From assembly GCA_963701025.1 (NCBI GenBank), contig OY969557.1, positions 234,405 to 298,404 on the forward strand: 64,000 nucleotides of DNA. The letters run 5' to 3'. Position 1 is the first letter of the stretch. Every line of letters starts with the position of its first letter. Below the pieces are notes generated by a model. That model saw only the letters and a list, made by a program, of their open reading frames with translations, ran no database searches and had not been told where the DNA came from. The position numbers were made by a program, and so were the translations under genes. Below are positions 54,092 to 64,000 of the stretch, piece by piece. The stretch is from an uncultured bacterium (GTDB taxonomy: Bacteria; Patescibacteriota; Minisyncoccia; Phycocordibacterales; PALSA-1337).

Positions 54092-55801
54092 CTATCTATC
54101 AGGCGGGATATCGTAATAATTTATAAGAAATTTCGAAAGTTCTGAGAACGGGTTGGTCAGAGTGGCCGAAGCATAGAGAGCGCCTTTGGGATATATCTGA
54201 TAGAGGAAGATGATGAATTTTGGGTCATATGCCGGGAAAAACCCGAAGAATGAGTGTAGATAACGGCCAGGGTAATAGCCGCCGTTGACCGGGTCGGGGA
54301 TCTCGGCCGTGCCGGTCTTGGCTCCGATGGAATAGTGCTGCATGGCGATGGTGCCGGTGGCGAACGCCTTGTCCACGACGGCAACGAGCATGTCATCGAC
54401 TTCCTGGACGGTCTGCGGCTTGAGGAGCGGGCCTTGCTTCACCGGCTGAATGACTTTCTTGGTTCCATCAACATAGTCGATCTCGTCCACGACCCGCGGC
54501 GTCACGAGGTAGCCGCCATTGGCGAGAACAGCCAAGCCGCGTATCATCTCGATGGGTGAAACGGCGATGCCCTGGCCGAAAGCGGCCGTGGCCACGGCGA
54601 TATTCGATCCTCTCTTCAGATTATCGAGAAGGCCGGTGGCCTCATTGGGCAGATCGATATTGGTCGTAGAACCCAAGCCGAAACTGGAAAAATATTGGTA
54701 CATGGAGGCTTTTCCGGCTTTGAGGGCGATAGTGGCGGCACCGACGTTGAGGGATTGGCTTAATATCTGTTGCATAGGTATGACGCCGCGGGCTTTGCCG
54801 TCGTAGTTGCAGAACTTGCTGCCGTCTTCGACCATGCAACCGGTGTCGTCATAAGTGCTCGCCGGAGTCTCGGCGCCGCTATCGAGAGCAGTGGCCATGG
54901 TCAAGGGCTTCATGATCGAGCCCATCTCGTAGACGTGCTCCACCAGAGGATCGGCCAGGACCGAGACGCTCGGAAGATCGGCTAGATCGTTCGGGTCAAA
55001 AGTGGGCAATGAGGCCATAGCCGCGATCTCGCCGGTCTGGGGGTTCATGATGATGCCGCCGATCTCGCTCGGGTGCCACTCGGCCGAAGCGTCTGTTAGG
55101 ACTTTTTCCAGATAATTTTGAACGGATGGCTCGATGGTCGTGACGATGTCGCCGGCCGTATCGGCATTACTGCCAAAGACCGAGCCAAGACCGGAAAAGA
55201 GACCCGCGAATGCGTCTATACCCGATCCCTGTTCCGGCCGCGACAGGACGGAGTCATATGAACGCTCGAGGCCATAGCGACCGGAGACCGTGCTAGATGC
55301 CGTCTCTCCGATGATGCCGAGAACGTGGGCGGCCAAAGTGCCTCCCGGATACGAGCGCCATGCTTCGGGGGCGACGCCGACGCCGGGCAAATTTAAATTC
55401 CCTATGTTAGCCGCCGCAACTGGATCGACTTTGTGCGTGAATTCCGTGTACGAGCCCGGTGACCGCGCCGCTTGCATGAACGAGCTCTTATCGACGGCGA
55501 TATACTGTGACAATGCGGCATAATCCTGCGCGGCATTCCCGATCTGCTTTTGGTTGAGGTATATGAAATAGCCGCGGGACAATGCGGCGGCGGCGACACG
55601 GGTCCCGTCCCGGGCCTGGAAGAATATGGATCCGCGATCGAAGACCGACACGGTTGGCTTGGCATATTGTGCCTGGGCTCGTGCGGCGTAGGTGCCGCCT
55701 TTGACGATCTCTGTTCGATATAGGCTTGCGACGATGACGCATGCGGCGAGAATGATGCCGCCGAAGACGATCCTCATTCGGGTCCGCGCCTTAGAGTTCA
55801 T
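54092..55801 (-). CDS. ftsI: Class B penicillin-binding protein (FtsI-like)
   Basis: N-terminal TM; GSIMKP (SxxK), SLN (SxN), KTGT; located in the mraZ-rsmH cluster. Confidence 0.88.
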   Translation of the reverse strand: MNSKARTRMRIVFGGIILAACVIVASLYRTEIVKGGTYAARAQAQYAKPTVSVFDRGSIFFQARDGTRVAAAALSRGYFIYLNQKQIGNAAQDYAALSQYIAVDKSSFMQAARSPGSYTEFTHKVDPVAAANIGNLNLPGVGVAPEAWRSYPGGTLAAHVLGIIGETASSTVSGRYGLERSYDSVLSRPEQGSGIDAFAGLFSGLGSVFGSNADTAGDIVTTIEPSVQNYLEKVLTDASAEWHPSEIGGIIMNPQTGEIAAMASLPTFDPNDLADLPSVSVLADPLVEHVYEMGSIMKPLTMATALDSGAETPASTYDDTGCMVEDGSKFCNYDGKARGVIPMQQILSQSLNVGAATIALKAGKASMYQYFSSFGLGSTTNIDLPNEATGLLDNLKRGSNIAVATAAFGQGIAVSPIEMIRGLAVLANGGYLVTPRVVDEIDYVDGTKKVIQPVKQGPLLKPQTVQEVDDMLVAVVDKAFATGTIAMQHYSIGAKTGTAEIPDPVNGGYYPGRYLHSFFGFFPAYDPKFIIFLYQIYPKGALYASATLTNPFSELSKFLINYYDIPPDR

Positions 55802-56126
55802 GTCCCGATAAAGCGACGCTGCCCAATGAAGCCCTGCGAGGAATATACGCGGAGACGGCGCCCGGGCTCATGCCATAGGCCGACAGAGCCGACGGTGAGG
55901 CCGAATCGGTCAGACTTATGTACGCCGCGTCGAGCTTATTTATGGAGTTACCCAGAGCGTCAGCCTGCGCGGAAACGCGTTCGGCTGCTATCGTCTGTGA
56001 GATCGCGCCGTATATGTTGAGACCGTACCATGCCGCTGCAAGAAGACAGCCAGCGAAAAGAGCCCGCACGATGAAGACGCGGTTGTTGTGGACTGTCGTA
56101 TAGGTTTGTACTATGGCTTTGGTCAT
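55791..56126 (-). CDS. FtsL-like small membrane protein
   Basis: TM + coiled coil, positioned between rsmH and ftsI. Confidence 0.6.
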   Translation of the reverse strand: MTKAIVQTYTTVHNNRVFIVRALFAGCLLAAAWYGLNIYGAISQTIAAERVSAQADALGNSINKLDAAYISLTDSASPSALSAYGMSPGAVSAYIPRRASLGSVALSGHEL

Positions 56127-56130
56127 TTAT

Positions 56131-57164
56131 TTATTGCTTTTGTATGATGCGGAGCTTGGCACTGCGAGAACGAGGATTTTCAGCTATTTCCTGGGGTCCA
56201 GCGATGATGGGCTTCTTGGTGAGGATGATCGCGCCGCAGCTCTTGAAAAATTCCTTAACGATGCGGTCTTCCAGGCTGTGAAATGAGATGACTGCCATCT
56301 TCCCTCCTGGGGCGAGTCTGGCGTATCCTTTCGCCAGCCCTTCCTTGAGAGCGGCGAGCTCGTCGTTGACCGCTATGCGCAAGGCCTGGAACGTCTTGGT
56401 CGCCGGATGGATCTTGGCGGGCTTTCCGCCGAAGCTCCTGCCGAAGCGCGGCACCGACTGCTTGACGATCTCCGCCAATTCGCCCGAAGTCTCGATAGTC
56501 TTCTTGGCGCGGTAGGCGACGATGGCTCGAGCGATCCTCTTTGCGTAGCGTTCTTCGCCATAGGCGAAGATGACATTGCCGATGTCTTCCTCTTTCCAGT
56601 TATTGACGATCGTCGACGCCGTGAAAGGATATGTCGCCGGATCGCCCATGGTCATAAGGAGCGGCTCGTCTTTCAAGAAAGAGAATCCCCTGCCGGAATG
56701 TTCCAGTTCGTCGGACGAAATGCCCAGATCGAAGAGGATGGCATCGAACGACGGCTGACCGCTGCTTTCTTTCGGAATGCTTACTCCAGAAAAATGACTT
56801 TCGATGACTTTATCCAGATTGCGGAAGCTTTCGCATTCGAGGATGATTTTGCCTCTTCCTTTCTCCATACTCCTTTCTCCATACTCCTTGAATATCTTCC
56901 TCGCCAGCTCGATCGCCCGCGGATCGCGGTCAAGGCCGATCATATTGAACTTCTCACCGGCAGTCTTCTCATAGGCTTCGGCTATGAGCGAGAGCATGTC
57001 CCGCCCCGCCGAGCGTTCCATCGAGATACCAAAAAGGCAAGGAGAACCAACAGGAAGTACGGAGGCATGAACGCTTCGATTATTTCATGTAAAAGAACAG
57101 GTACGTGAACACTCTCTCTATCCGCAACATTTCTCTCCCTATCCGTAATATCCGATGAACTCAT
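56131..57164 (-). CDS. rsmH: 16S rRNA m4C1402 methyltransferase RsmH (frameshifts ~56985-57050)
   Basis: HVPVLL, YLDGTLGGAGH (alternative frame), DLGISS, RGFSF, FQALRIAVNDEL, SFHSLEDR, NPRSRSAKLR. Confidence 0.92.
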
Positions 57165-57166
57165 CG

Positions 57167-57610
57167 CTAGATCACTCCGGCCGACGCGAGCTTCTCGGCG
57201 ATGACGTCGGTCTTCTTGGCGAACTCGGCGCGATACGCTTCCCATACGTCGGCATCCCATATCTCCACCCGATTCATGACGCCGATGATGGCGGCGCGTT
57301 CGGTCAGACCGGCATGCTCCCGGATGTGCTCCGGCACGAGGATGCGGCCGATCGAGTCAACCGCCGCTTCAACCGCCCGTCCGATAATCAGGCGATTGAA
57401 GTTACGGTTATCAGTCCGCAACACCGAAGAACTGTCATGCCGCGACAAGCGGTCCGCGAACTCCTTCCACTCTTTCATCGTGAATACGAACAGGCAGTTG
57501 TCGATGCCCGGCGCGATCACGACGGTCGACCCCATTTCCTTGCGGAACTTGGCAGGAAGGGAGATGCGGCCCTTGTCGTCGAACGTATGCTGATGTTCTC
57601 CGATGAGCAT
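57167..57610 (-). CDS. mraZ: Transcriptional regulator MraZ
   Basis: DDKGRISLPAKFR, DSIGRILVP, VEIWD. Confidence 0.95.
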   Translation of the reverse strand: MLIGEHQHTFDDKGRISLPAKFRKEMGSTVVIAPGIDNCLFVFTMKEWKEFADRLSRHDSSSVLRTDNRNFNRLIIGRAVEAAVDSIGRILVPEHIREHAGLTERAAIIGVMNRVEIWDADVWEAYRAEFAKKTDVIAEKLASAGVI

Positions 57611-57671
57611 ATGTGTTATTGCGCGGGAATCGAGTCGCAAAAGTTAGATCTCTATAGATCGAACCTTATTT

Positions 57672-57731
57672 GCCACTTCTTCCCACTTGCATACCATTCT
57701 ACCCCACTTTGCTCTATTTTGTTTACCACCT
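57672..57731 (-). promoter_or_regulatory. MraZ-binding repeats
   Basis: CCAC/CCAT units on the + strand (GTGG/ATGG on the sense strand) at ~10-bp spacing (57673, 57683, 57694, 57704, 57726) upstream of mraZ. Confidence 0.65.
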
Positions 57732-57822
57732 TGAAAATAGCCATTTGGGGATAACTTGGGGATAGGAAAAAGGCCTAGAAAACTAGGCTTTGAATAAGAT
57801 TATCGAAATACTTTACACGTTT

Positions 57823-58584
57823 CTATCCAAACCACTCCACAATCTTCAGTCGATATTTCTCCATACAGCTCACTCCCAAACCGAATAGCAAGGAGAGTAG
57901 TATTAAAAAGAATCCGCCGGCAAAAACTACGGGAATGTTATACAACGACCCTGCGGTAATCATGAAGTGACCAAGCCCGACATCCGAGGAGATGAATTCT
58001 CCGATAAATGCACCGAGAATGGCGAAACCAATGTTTAGTTTCATTGAAGACAGTACCCAATCAAGCGAAGCTGGGAATATGACCTTCTGAAGTATTTGGA
58101 AACGCGAAGCGCCGTATATCTTCAATAATTTATACTGCTCTCCGTCAATGCTTTTCGCACCCTCATATGCCTGGGTGAGAGCTATGAGAAATACACCGAA
58201 GGCCGCTAGGGCTATTTTCATCGATATTCCTATACCGAACCAGATGATGATGAGAGGGGCGAAAGCAAAGACCGGGATAGCACCGAGAATGACGATGTAG
58301 GGCTTGAAGATCTGCGCTATCCGTGCCGAATACCAAAGCAGGAATCCGATGAGTGTTCCGAGAATGATGCCGATGACAAAACCGATCAAAGTTTCAATGC
58401 CAGTAATCCACATGCTGTAGGGTAACACTCCATTTACCGTATTCGCCACAATGGCTTGCCAAACAGTCGACGGAGAAGCAAAGAGGAATGTGATGTGCGG
58501 AGAGACGGCAATAAGCTGCCAAACAATGAGTAATCCGATGAAGATACAGAGGGATATGATCCAATTTATATATTTTGTCTTCAT
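57823..58584 (-). CDS. ABC transporter permease (SsuC/TauC type)
   Basis: Multi-TM; PVFAFAPLIIIWFG, GASRFQIL, GEF...GLG. Confidence 0.88.
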   Translation of the reverse strand: MKTKYINWIISLCIFIGLLIVWQLIAVSPHITFLFASPSTVWQAIVANTVNGVLPYSMWITGIETLIGFVIGIILGTLIGFLLWYSARIAQIFKPYIVILGAIPVFAFAPLIIIWFGIGISMKIALAAFGVFLIALTQAYEGAKSIDGEQYKLLKIYGASRFQILQKVIFPASLDWVLSSMKLNIGFAILGAFIGEFISSDVGLGHFMITAGSLYNIPVVFAGGFFLILLSLLFGLGVSCMEKYRLKIVEWFG

Positions 58585-58588
58585 GATA

Positions 58589-59328
58589 TTAGGATTCCTT
58601 GCCCAGAAGCTTCCATATCGTGTCGAAGTGGCTTTGAAACCTGTCCGTTTTCCGGATATTGACTGGATCACGATATTCTTCTTCAATCTTGATATCTGCC
58701 TGATACGATATCGTGGCCGGTTTTCCGCTCATGAGCATCACCTTGTCACCCATGGCGATGGCTTCTTCGATATTATGTGTGAAAATATGCCGATCTTACC
58801 GCTATTCTTAATCTTAAATCGATCTGTTTCCAACCGTAGGCGGCTGTCGAAATCAATGGCTGAAAACGGCTCATCGAAAAGGATGATGTCAGGGTCCTGT
58901 ATCATGGCCCGGACCAAAGAGACTTTTTGTTTCATACCGCCGGAAATCTCGTGAGGAAAGGCTTTTTCGAAACCATCAAGTCCAATCTCCTTTACGAGCT
59001 TACCTGCTTTAGAGATATCTTCGTTTCCTACTTTTTTCTTAATCTCTATCGGAAGCAAGATATTTCGCATCAATGTCCTCCATGGCAAAAGCAGATCCTT
59101 CTGCGGGACATAGCCGATCTTGCCGGAAACCGATACCGAGCCGGAGTCGGGCTTTTCTAGACCAGCGATGATATTGAGAAGGGTCGTCTTACCGCTGCCG
59201 CTCTTTCCTACGATAGAGACTATTTCTCCTCCATTGATGTCGAAAGATATATAAGACAAGACCGGAAGAGTCTTACCGTCTAGATTAAAGCTTTTTGAGA
59301 TACCTCTGACCTGAATGCGCGTAGACAC
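58589..59328 (-). CDS. ABC transporter ATP-binding protein (SsuB/TauB type; frameshifted near 58780-58830)
   Basis: GKSGSGKTT, ISGGMKQ, FDEPFSAID; continues HNIEEAIAMGD in another frame. Confidence 0.88.
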
Positions 59329-59333
59329 AACAT

Positions 59334-60332
59334 TTATTGGATAGATGCCGCCTTTTGAGCAAAGGAATTATCTATGTATGTAGCATAATCTGGCAATACC
59401 TTCAAATCTCCTAAATCTACACGGAGCTGGGTCGCTGCCTGCCATGCAGCCTGACTCGTCTCCGTATTCACTGGAAAGATATTCAGATTGATCATGTTCT
59501 GCACGGCCGCTTCGGCGACACCTCGGTCTACATTGAATTGCGTAGCGAGCGTATCCGCGGCATCTTTCGGATTGCTTCTCAAGTAAGTATCAGCTTCTTG
59601 GAGGGCGTTGACGACTTTTTGAACTACTTCGGGGTTATTTTTTACATAATCAGGCAGCGCCGTAAGACCCGTCACGGCAAAATCGGGATATTGAGTATCC
59701 AACGAGTAGACAACGTGATAGCCCTGCTTTACGGCCTGGGAGACATTCGGCTCGAATTCAAGGGCAATATCCACTTGCTTGGCATCTAGAGCAGCGAGGA
59801 AACCGCCGAACTGGATTTCCTTTATATTGGGAGTCAGTCCGACTGACTGGAACATTTTCTTTTGTAGAACATAGTCGGTGGATGGAGCCGGTAGCGTGCC
59901 AACCGTATATCCTTTGAGCATCGAAGCGTTCGTTATCTGCGGAATGCTCGCGCTCTTTGCCAATCCCCAGAATGGAACGCCGTTCAAGACTGCTGCGACA
60001 TCGACACCCGGTTCGCCCTTCTCTCCCGATATGGCGATAAAGGTCGGATCGCCAATCGCAAACTGAGCATCGCCACTCAGGACGGAAGCGAATGCCTTTT
60101 CATCGCCGCCAGCAGTCGTGATAGTCACATCAAGACCTTGTTGCTTGAAAAATCCCTTATCTTGGGCAATCCACAGAGGAGAATGCAGAAAGACTGCGAA
60201 TGCTTCCGAGATAGTCACCTTCTGAAGCGATTGGGAAGCGGATTGAGAGCTGTTGTTGTGCGTGGAGAAAGCATAAATGACGATGATAATTATCACTAAA
60301 AGGACAACGGCCCAAATGGTTTTTTTATTCAT
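59334..60332 (-). CDS. ABC transporter substrate-binding protein (NMT1/THI5/SsuA type)
   Basis: Signal anchor; PLWIAQDKGFFKQQGLDV. Confidence 0.88.
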   Translation of the reverse strand: MNKKTIWAVVLLVIIIIVIYAFSTHNNSSQSASQSLQKVTISEAFAVFLHSPLWIAQDKGFFKQQGLDVTITTAGGDEKAFASVLSGDAQFAIGDPTFIAISGEKGEPGVDVAAVLNGVPFWGLAKSASIPQITNASMLKGYTVGTLPAPSTDYVLQKKMFQSVGLTPNIKEIQFGGFLAALDAKQVDIALEFEPNVSQAVKQGYHVVYSLDTQYPDFAVTGLTALPDYVKNNPEVVQKVVNALQEADTYLRSNPKDAADTLATQFNVDRGVAEAAVQNMINLNIFPVNTETSQAAWQAATQLRVDLGDLKVLPDYATYIDNSFAQKAASIQ

Positions 60333-60425
60333 TGAGTTGGTTTACTCTGATAACTGTCTTTGACACTATATAACACATCGACTACGATTTCAATTACCTT
60401 CAATTATCTGAAGAGATTATAACTG

Positions 60426-61913
60426 CTACCCCCTCGGCCTCATGAGCGGGAACATCTGGGTCTCGCGGAGCGGCTTACCTGCGAGGACTGCGAAGAGGCG
60501 CTCACCGAAGCCGAAGCCGCAGGCTGGCGGCATGGCGTGCTCGAGCATCTCGACGAATTCGTCGTCGGGCATCATGGCTTCGGTATCGCCGCTTTCGAAA
60601 AGCTTGTTCTGCTCGTCGAAACGCTTCTTCTGGTCGATCGGATCATTGAGCTCGGAATAGCCGCGGCCGATCTCACTGCCTGCGATGAGCGGCTGGAACA
60701 TCTGAACGATCGGACGGATAGCGCCTTTTTTATCGACGACGGATTTCGCCAAGGGGGCGACGAGAGTTGGATGATTGATGAGGAAGGCGGGCCCGGCGAT
60801 ATTCTTCCGGCAATATTTCCAGATCGTGTCCACGAGCCGTTCGCGACTGGCGCCTTCATACGACACCTTGAGGCGGTCTAGTGCTTTCTTAATCTCGGCG
60901 TCGGATGCCGTGGCGATGTCGACGCCGGTCTGCTTCTTGATCTCTTCCGTATAGTCGATCCTCGCCCATTCTCCGGCAAGGTCGAAATCATGACCGCGCG
61001 AAGAGAACTTCGTCGTGCCGAAGACTTTCTGCGCCAGCATGCGATAGAGCTTCGTCACCAGCTTCATGCCGTCCTCGTAGTCGGCGTATGACCAGTAGAA
61101 TTCGAGGTTAGTGAATTCCTGGACGTGGTCGGGGCCCGATCCCTCGTTGCGGTATATACGTCCGATCTCGAATGTCTTGGGAAATCCGGCGGCCATGAGG
61201 CGCTTCTGCCAGAGCTCGCCGACGGAGATGCGGAGATACACGTCCAAATTGTAGTCGTTGTGATGCGTCTTGAACGGCGCGGCTTCCGCTCCGCCGGTCG
61301 TCGTCTCCAAGGTCGGCGTTTCCACTTCGAGGAATCCTTCGTCTTTCATGAAATCCCTGGTCACTTCCCAGAACTTCGCTTTCTTATGGAAAAGATCTCG
61401 AGATTCCGGATCCATGATGAAGTCGAGATAGCGCTTGCGCAATCGCTCATCTGGATCGGTCAGACCGTGCCATTTTTCCGGCAGAGGCAGAAGCGATTTG
61501 GCCGCCATCGTCCATGAGACGACGAGAATGCTCTGCTCTCCCCTATTGGTGGTGAAGCAATTTCCGGTCGCGCTCACGATGTCGCCGATATCTACGGCTT
61601 GCACGAGCACGTCGAATAGCTTCGACTCGAGAGTATCTTTCTTGACCACTGCTTGAAGGGTGCTTGTGCCGTCATCGAGGACGAGAAAAATGATAGCTCC
61701 TTGTCCGCGGATAGCCATGACACGGCCGGCGACGGAGACCGGTTTTCCGGCATGGGTGCCTCCTTTTCCTTCTTCATAGTCGGCAAAATTCTTGCGGACA
61801 TCGGCCAGGCACAGATCACGCGGCACTTTCGCCGGGTATGCCTGCATACCCGCCTTTGTGAGCAGTTCTAGCTTGGTGAGACGAGCCTGTTTCAATTCTT
61901 CGAGAGAAGCCAT
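60426..61913 (-). CDS. lysS: Lysine--tRNA ligase (class II)
   Basis: LPEKWHGL, RKRYLD, EVETP, YRNEG, YSELNDP, PPACGFGFGER. Confidence 0.96.
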   Translation of the reverse strand: MASLEELKQARLTKLELLTKAGMQAYPAKVPRDLCLADVRKNFADYEEGKGGTHAGKPVSVAGRVMAIRGQGAIIFLVLDDGTSTLQAVVKKDTLESKLFDVLVQAVDIGDIVSATGNCFTTNRGEQSILVVSWTMAAKSLLPLPEKWHGLTDPDERLRKRYLDFIMDPESRDLFHKKAKFWEVTRDFMKDEGFLEVETPTLETTTGGAEAAPFKTHHNDYNLDVYLRISVGELWQKRLMAAGFPKTFEIGRIYRNEGSGPDHVQEFTNLEFYWSYADYEDGMKLVTKLYRMLAQKVFGTTKFSSRGHDFDLAGEWARIDYTEEIKKQTGVDIATASDAEIKKALDRLKVSYEGASRERLVDTIWKYCRKNIAGPAFLINHPTLVAPLAKSVVDKKGAIRPIVQMFQPLIAGSEIGRGYSELNDPIDQKKRFDEQNKLFESGDTEAMMPDDEFVEMLEHAMPPACGFGFGERLFAVLAGKPLRETQMFPLMRPRG

Positions 61914-61928
61914 AGGTGTCGCTATGCC

Positions 61929-62402
61929 TTATTTGAGCGCGGCGATCGTGTAGCTCATAGCCCCCTTGGGCGTCTGGACTTTTATCTTATCACCTTGTTT
62001 GTGTCCCAGGAGGGCGGAGCCGAGTGGAGAGATGTTGGATATTTTGCCCTGGGACGTATCTGCCTCTTCGGAGCCGACGATGGTATAGAGGAACGACTTT
62101 TTCACCGTATCTCCATCCCGTTCCAGTCTGACGGTAGATCCGACGGCAATGACGCTTCCGCCGGAGGCCGCGGCGATGACCGCGTCCTTGAGAAGGCTCT
62201 CGACATAACGGATGCGATCTTCGACTTCCGCTTGTTCTTCGCGGGCTTGATGATATTCGGCGTTCTCCGACAGATCTCCGAGCTTCTTGGCGTATTCCAA
62301 GTGTTCCGCCACTTCTTTACGCCGTTCGGCTTTCAGATATCCGAGCTCTTTCTTCAATTCGGCGAACTTTTCAGCGGTGAGATATTGCGTATCGTGAGAC
62401 AT
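61929..62402 (-). CDS. greA: Transcription elongation factor GreA
   Basis: GDLSENAEYH and IS..SPLGSALLG. Confidence 0.96.
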   Translation of the reverse strand: MSHDTQYLTAEKFAELKKELGYLKAERRKEVAEHLEYAKKLGDLSENAEYHQAREEQAEVEDRIRYVESLLKDAVIAAASGGSVIAVGSTVRLERDGDTVKKSFLYTIVGSEEADTSQGKISNISPLGSALLGHKQGDKIKVQTPKGAMSYTIAALK

Positions 62403-62427
62403 GGCATTATTATATCATATTCTTCAT

Positions 62428-64000
62428 CTATTTGAGGTATTCAGGAGTGTTCGCTTCCATCCAATCAAGCGTAGCTTTCATGGCCGCGGCGGCACCTGAC
62501 GTTTCGGTCACCGACCCGTGCTCCAGGGTCACGGCAAAAGCATACCGCGGATTTTCGTATGGCCAGAAGCCGGTGATCCAGGAGTTAACGTTGGCCCGGG
62601 AAACTCCCAGCTCGGCCGTACCGGATTTGGCCGCGACATCCACATATGGGACGTCGAGGACATGGGCCACGCCCACCTGCACGCCGAGGCGCATACCCTG
62701 GTGAACGATGTCGAAATCGGCCTTGGGTAGACCAATGATGCTTTCGACATTGGGCCCGTCTCCCTTGAGGATGGTGGGGACGAGCAGGGTGCCTTCATTG
62801 GCTATGGCGCCGACCGCCGCGACTACCTGGACCGGCGTCACTTGCCAGCTGTATTGACCGATGGCGCTGTGGTAGGTATCACCGAGATACCAACCCTCAT
62901 TGAAGGCCTGTTCTTTCCATGCGGGCGACGGCACTAAGCCGGCGGGACCGGAGAAGAATGAGGGCGGCGTGGACGAGCCGAAGCCGAACATGCCCATGTA
63001 GCGGTCGATGCGCGATATGCCGAGGCCTGGCTGATCCTTGTATCCCCCGCCTACCGTGTAGAAATAGACGTCTGACGACATGGCGATGGCGTGGCGCATG
63101 TCTAGATCGCCGAGGGCCTTCCAATCGCGAAAGTAGGCCACTTGGGTCGGATCATACGGATTGGTAACGGTGATATAGCCTATGTCGCGTACGATCGTTG
63201 ACGGGTCGATGATGTGTTCGTTCAAGACGCCCATGGCTTCGTACGGTTTGACGATAGACCCCGGCGTGTATAGACCGTTGACGGCCCGATCAAGGAACGG
63301 GCGGTTCGGGTCGTTCAGGGCGGCATTGATCGCCGCCGTGTCGGTCTTGTCGGACATGACCTGCGGGCTGTATCCAGGATAGCTGGTCATGGCCAGGACT
63401 TCCCCAGTATGGACGTCCATGATGATGCCTGCCCCGCCGTTATAGCCGACGGTTGTGGCGATCTTCTTTATATTCTCGTAAAGGGCCGACTGCACTCGGG
63501 CGTCGATGGAAAGGTCGATATTTTGGCCCGCTTGCGGCGGTTGGACCACATTCTCCGAGACAATATGATTTTGGGCGTCCGCTTCCACCAGGCGGGAACC
63601 GTTCACTCCCTGCAATATGCTGTTGTAGTATTTTTCGACCCCGGCGAGACCGGTGAAATCTTCCTGATAATAGAATCCGTTCGCGTCCTTTGAGGGATAT
63701 TGGACATAGCCGAGGACATGGGCCAAACCGGTAGTCGTGGCGTAGTCGCGCTCGGCTACGAAGTCTTCGGCGTCGGTATCCGTGGCCGAGCCAGCATACG
63801 AACCGGGAGCATTCCAGGCTAGCATAGCGCCGGTGCGGTCATATATGACGCCGCGGGCGGCAAATATGGGCACCGGTCGGAGGAGATTGGCCTGGCTCCG
63901 GAGAGCGTATTCAGCGCCGTGAATGACCTCAAGATTACCCGCTTGAGCCAGGTATACGATAGCGACGATGAGGAACAGGCCGAGGGTAGAATACAGGACC
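62428..64000 (-). CDS. mrdA: Penicillin-binding protein 2 (5' end outside the window)
   Basis: RGVIYDR, PGSIVKP (SxxK), SSDVYFY (SxD), AIGQ, KSGTAE. Confidence 0.88.
   Translation of the reverse strand, partial: VLYSTLGLFLIVAIVYLAQAGNLEVIHGAEYALRSQANLLRPVPIFAARGVIYDRTGAMLAWNAPGSYAGSATDTDAEDFVAERDYATTTGLAHVLGYVQYPSKDANGFYYQEDFTGLAGVEKYYNSILQGVNGSRLVEADAQNHIVSENVVQPPQAGQNIDLSIDARVQSALYENIKKIATTVGYNGGAGIIMDVHTGEVLAMTSYPGYSPQVMSDKTDTAAINAALNDPNRPFLDRAVNGLYTPGSIVKPYEAMGVLNEHIIDPSTIVRDIGYITVTNPYDPTQVAYFRDWKALGDLDMRHAIAMSSDVYFYTVGGGYKDQPGLGISRIDRYMGMFGFGSSTPPSFFSGPAGLVPSPAWKEQAFNEGWYLGDTYHSAIGQYSWQVTPVQVVAAVGAIANEGTLLVPTILKGDGPNVESIIGLPKADFDIVHQGMRLGVQVGVAHVLDVPYVDVAAKSGTAELGVSRANVNSWITGFWPYENPRYAFAVTLEHGSVTETSGAAAAMKATLDWMEANTPEYLK

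Overview
This looks like a chromosome segment from a Patescibacteria (CPR, Parcubacteria-like) bacterium using the standard genetic code. The assignment is inferred from CPR-typical protein families, tRNA genes mostly lacking CCA and apparently leaderless genes. Most of the window is housekeeping: mnmA, mltG, leuS, ychF, zwf, ddl, uvrA/uvrC, dnaB, recR, rplU, rmuC, valS, an mraZ-rsmH-ftsL-ftsI-murF cluster, lysS, greA, a PBP2 gene and 7 tRNAs. Two apparently identical IS30 copies lie in opposite orientation. The main discovery is a ~7.9 kb element (44745-52608) integrated at the 3' end of tRNA-Glu(CTC) and bounded by a 7-bp GTGACCC repeat. It encodes a rolling-circle HUH Rep with candidate double- and single-strand origins, defence cargo (AIPR, a PD-(D/E)xK nuclease, a MutH-like nuclease, a DpnA-like methylase) and a large serine recombinase. 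The attachment site lies inside the recombinase gene, so integration and excision would swap the enzyme's C-terminus. Other highlights: a LeuRS whose editing domain is flanked by two Nudix domains; an AT-rich GNAT + phosphatidylserine decarboxylase + 7TM-sensor cassette joined to a GC-rich kinase core; a PEP-CTERM protein; several promoter/terminator-bounded candidate RNAs; a 25-aa Cys/His peptide; and heptamer-repeat insertions in essential genes. Many single-base frameshifts in conserved genes most likely reflect sequencing or assembly errors. All calls are by eye; no database searches were run.
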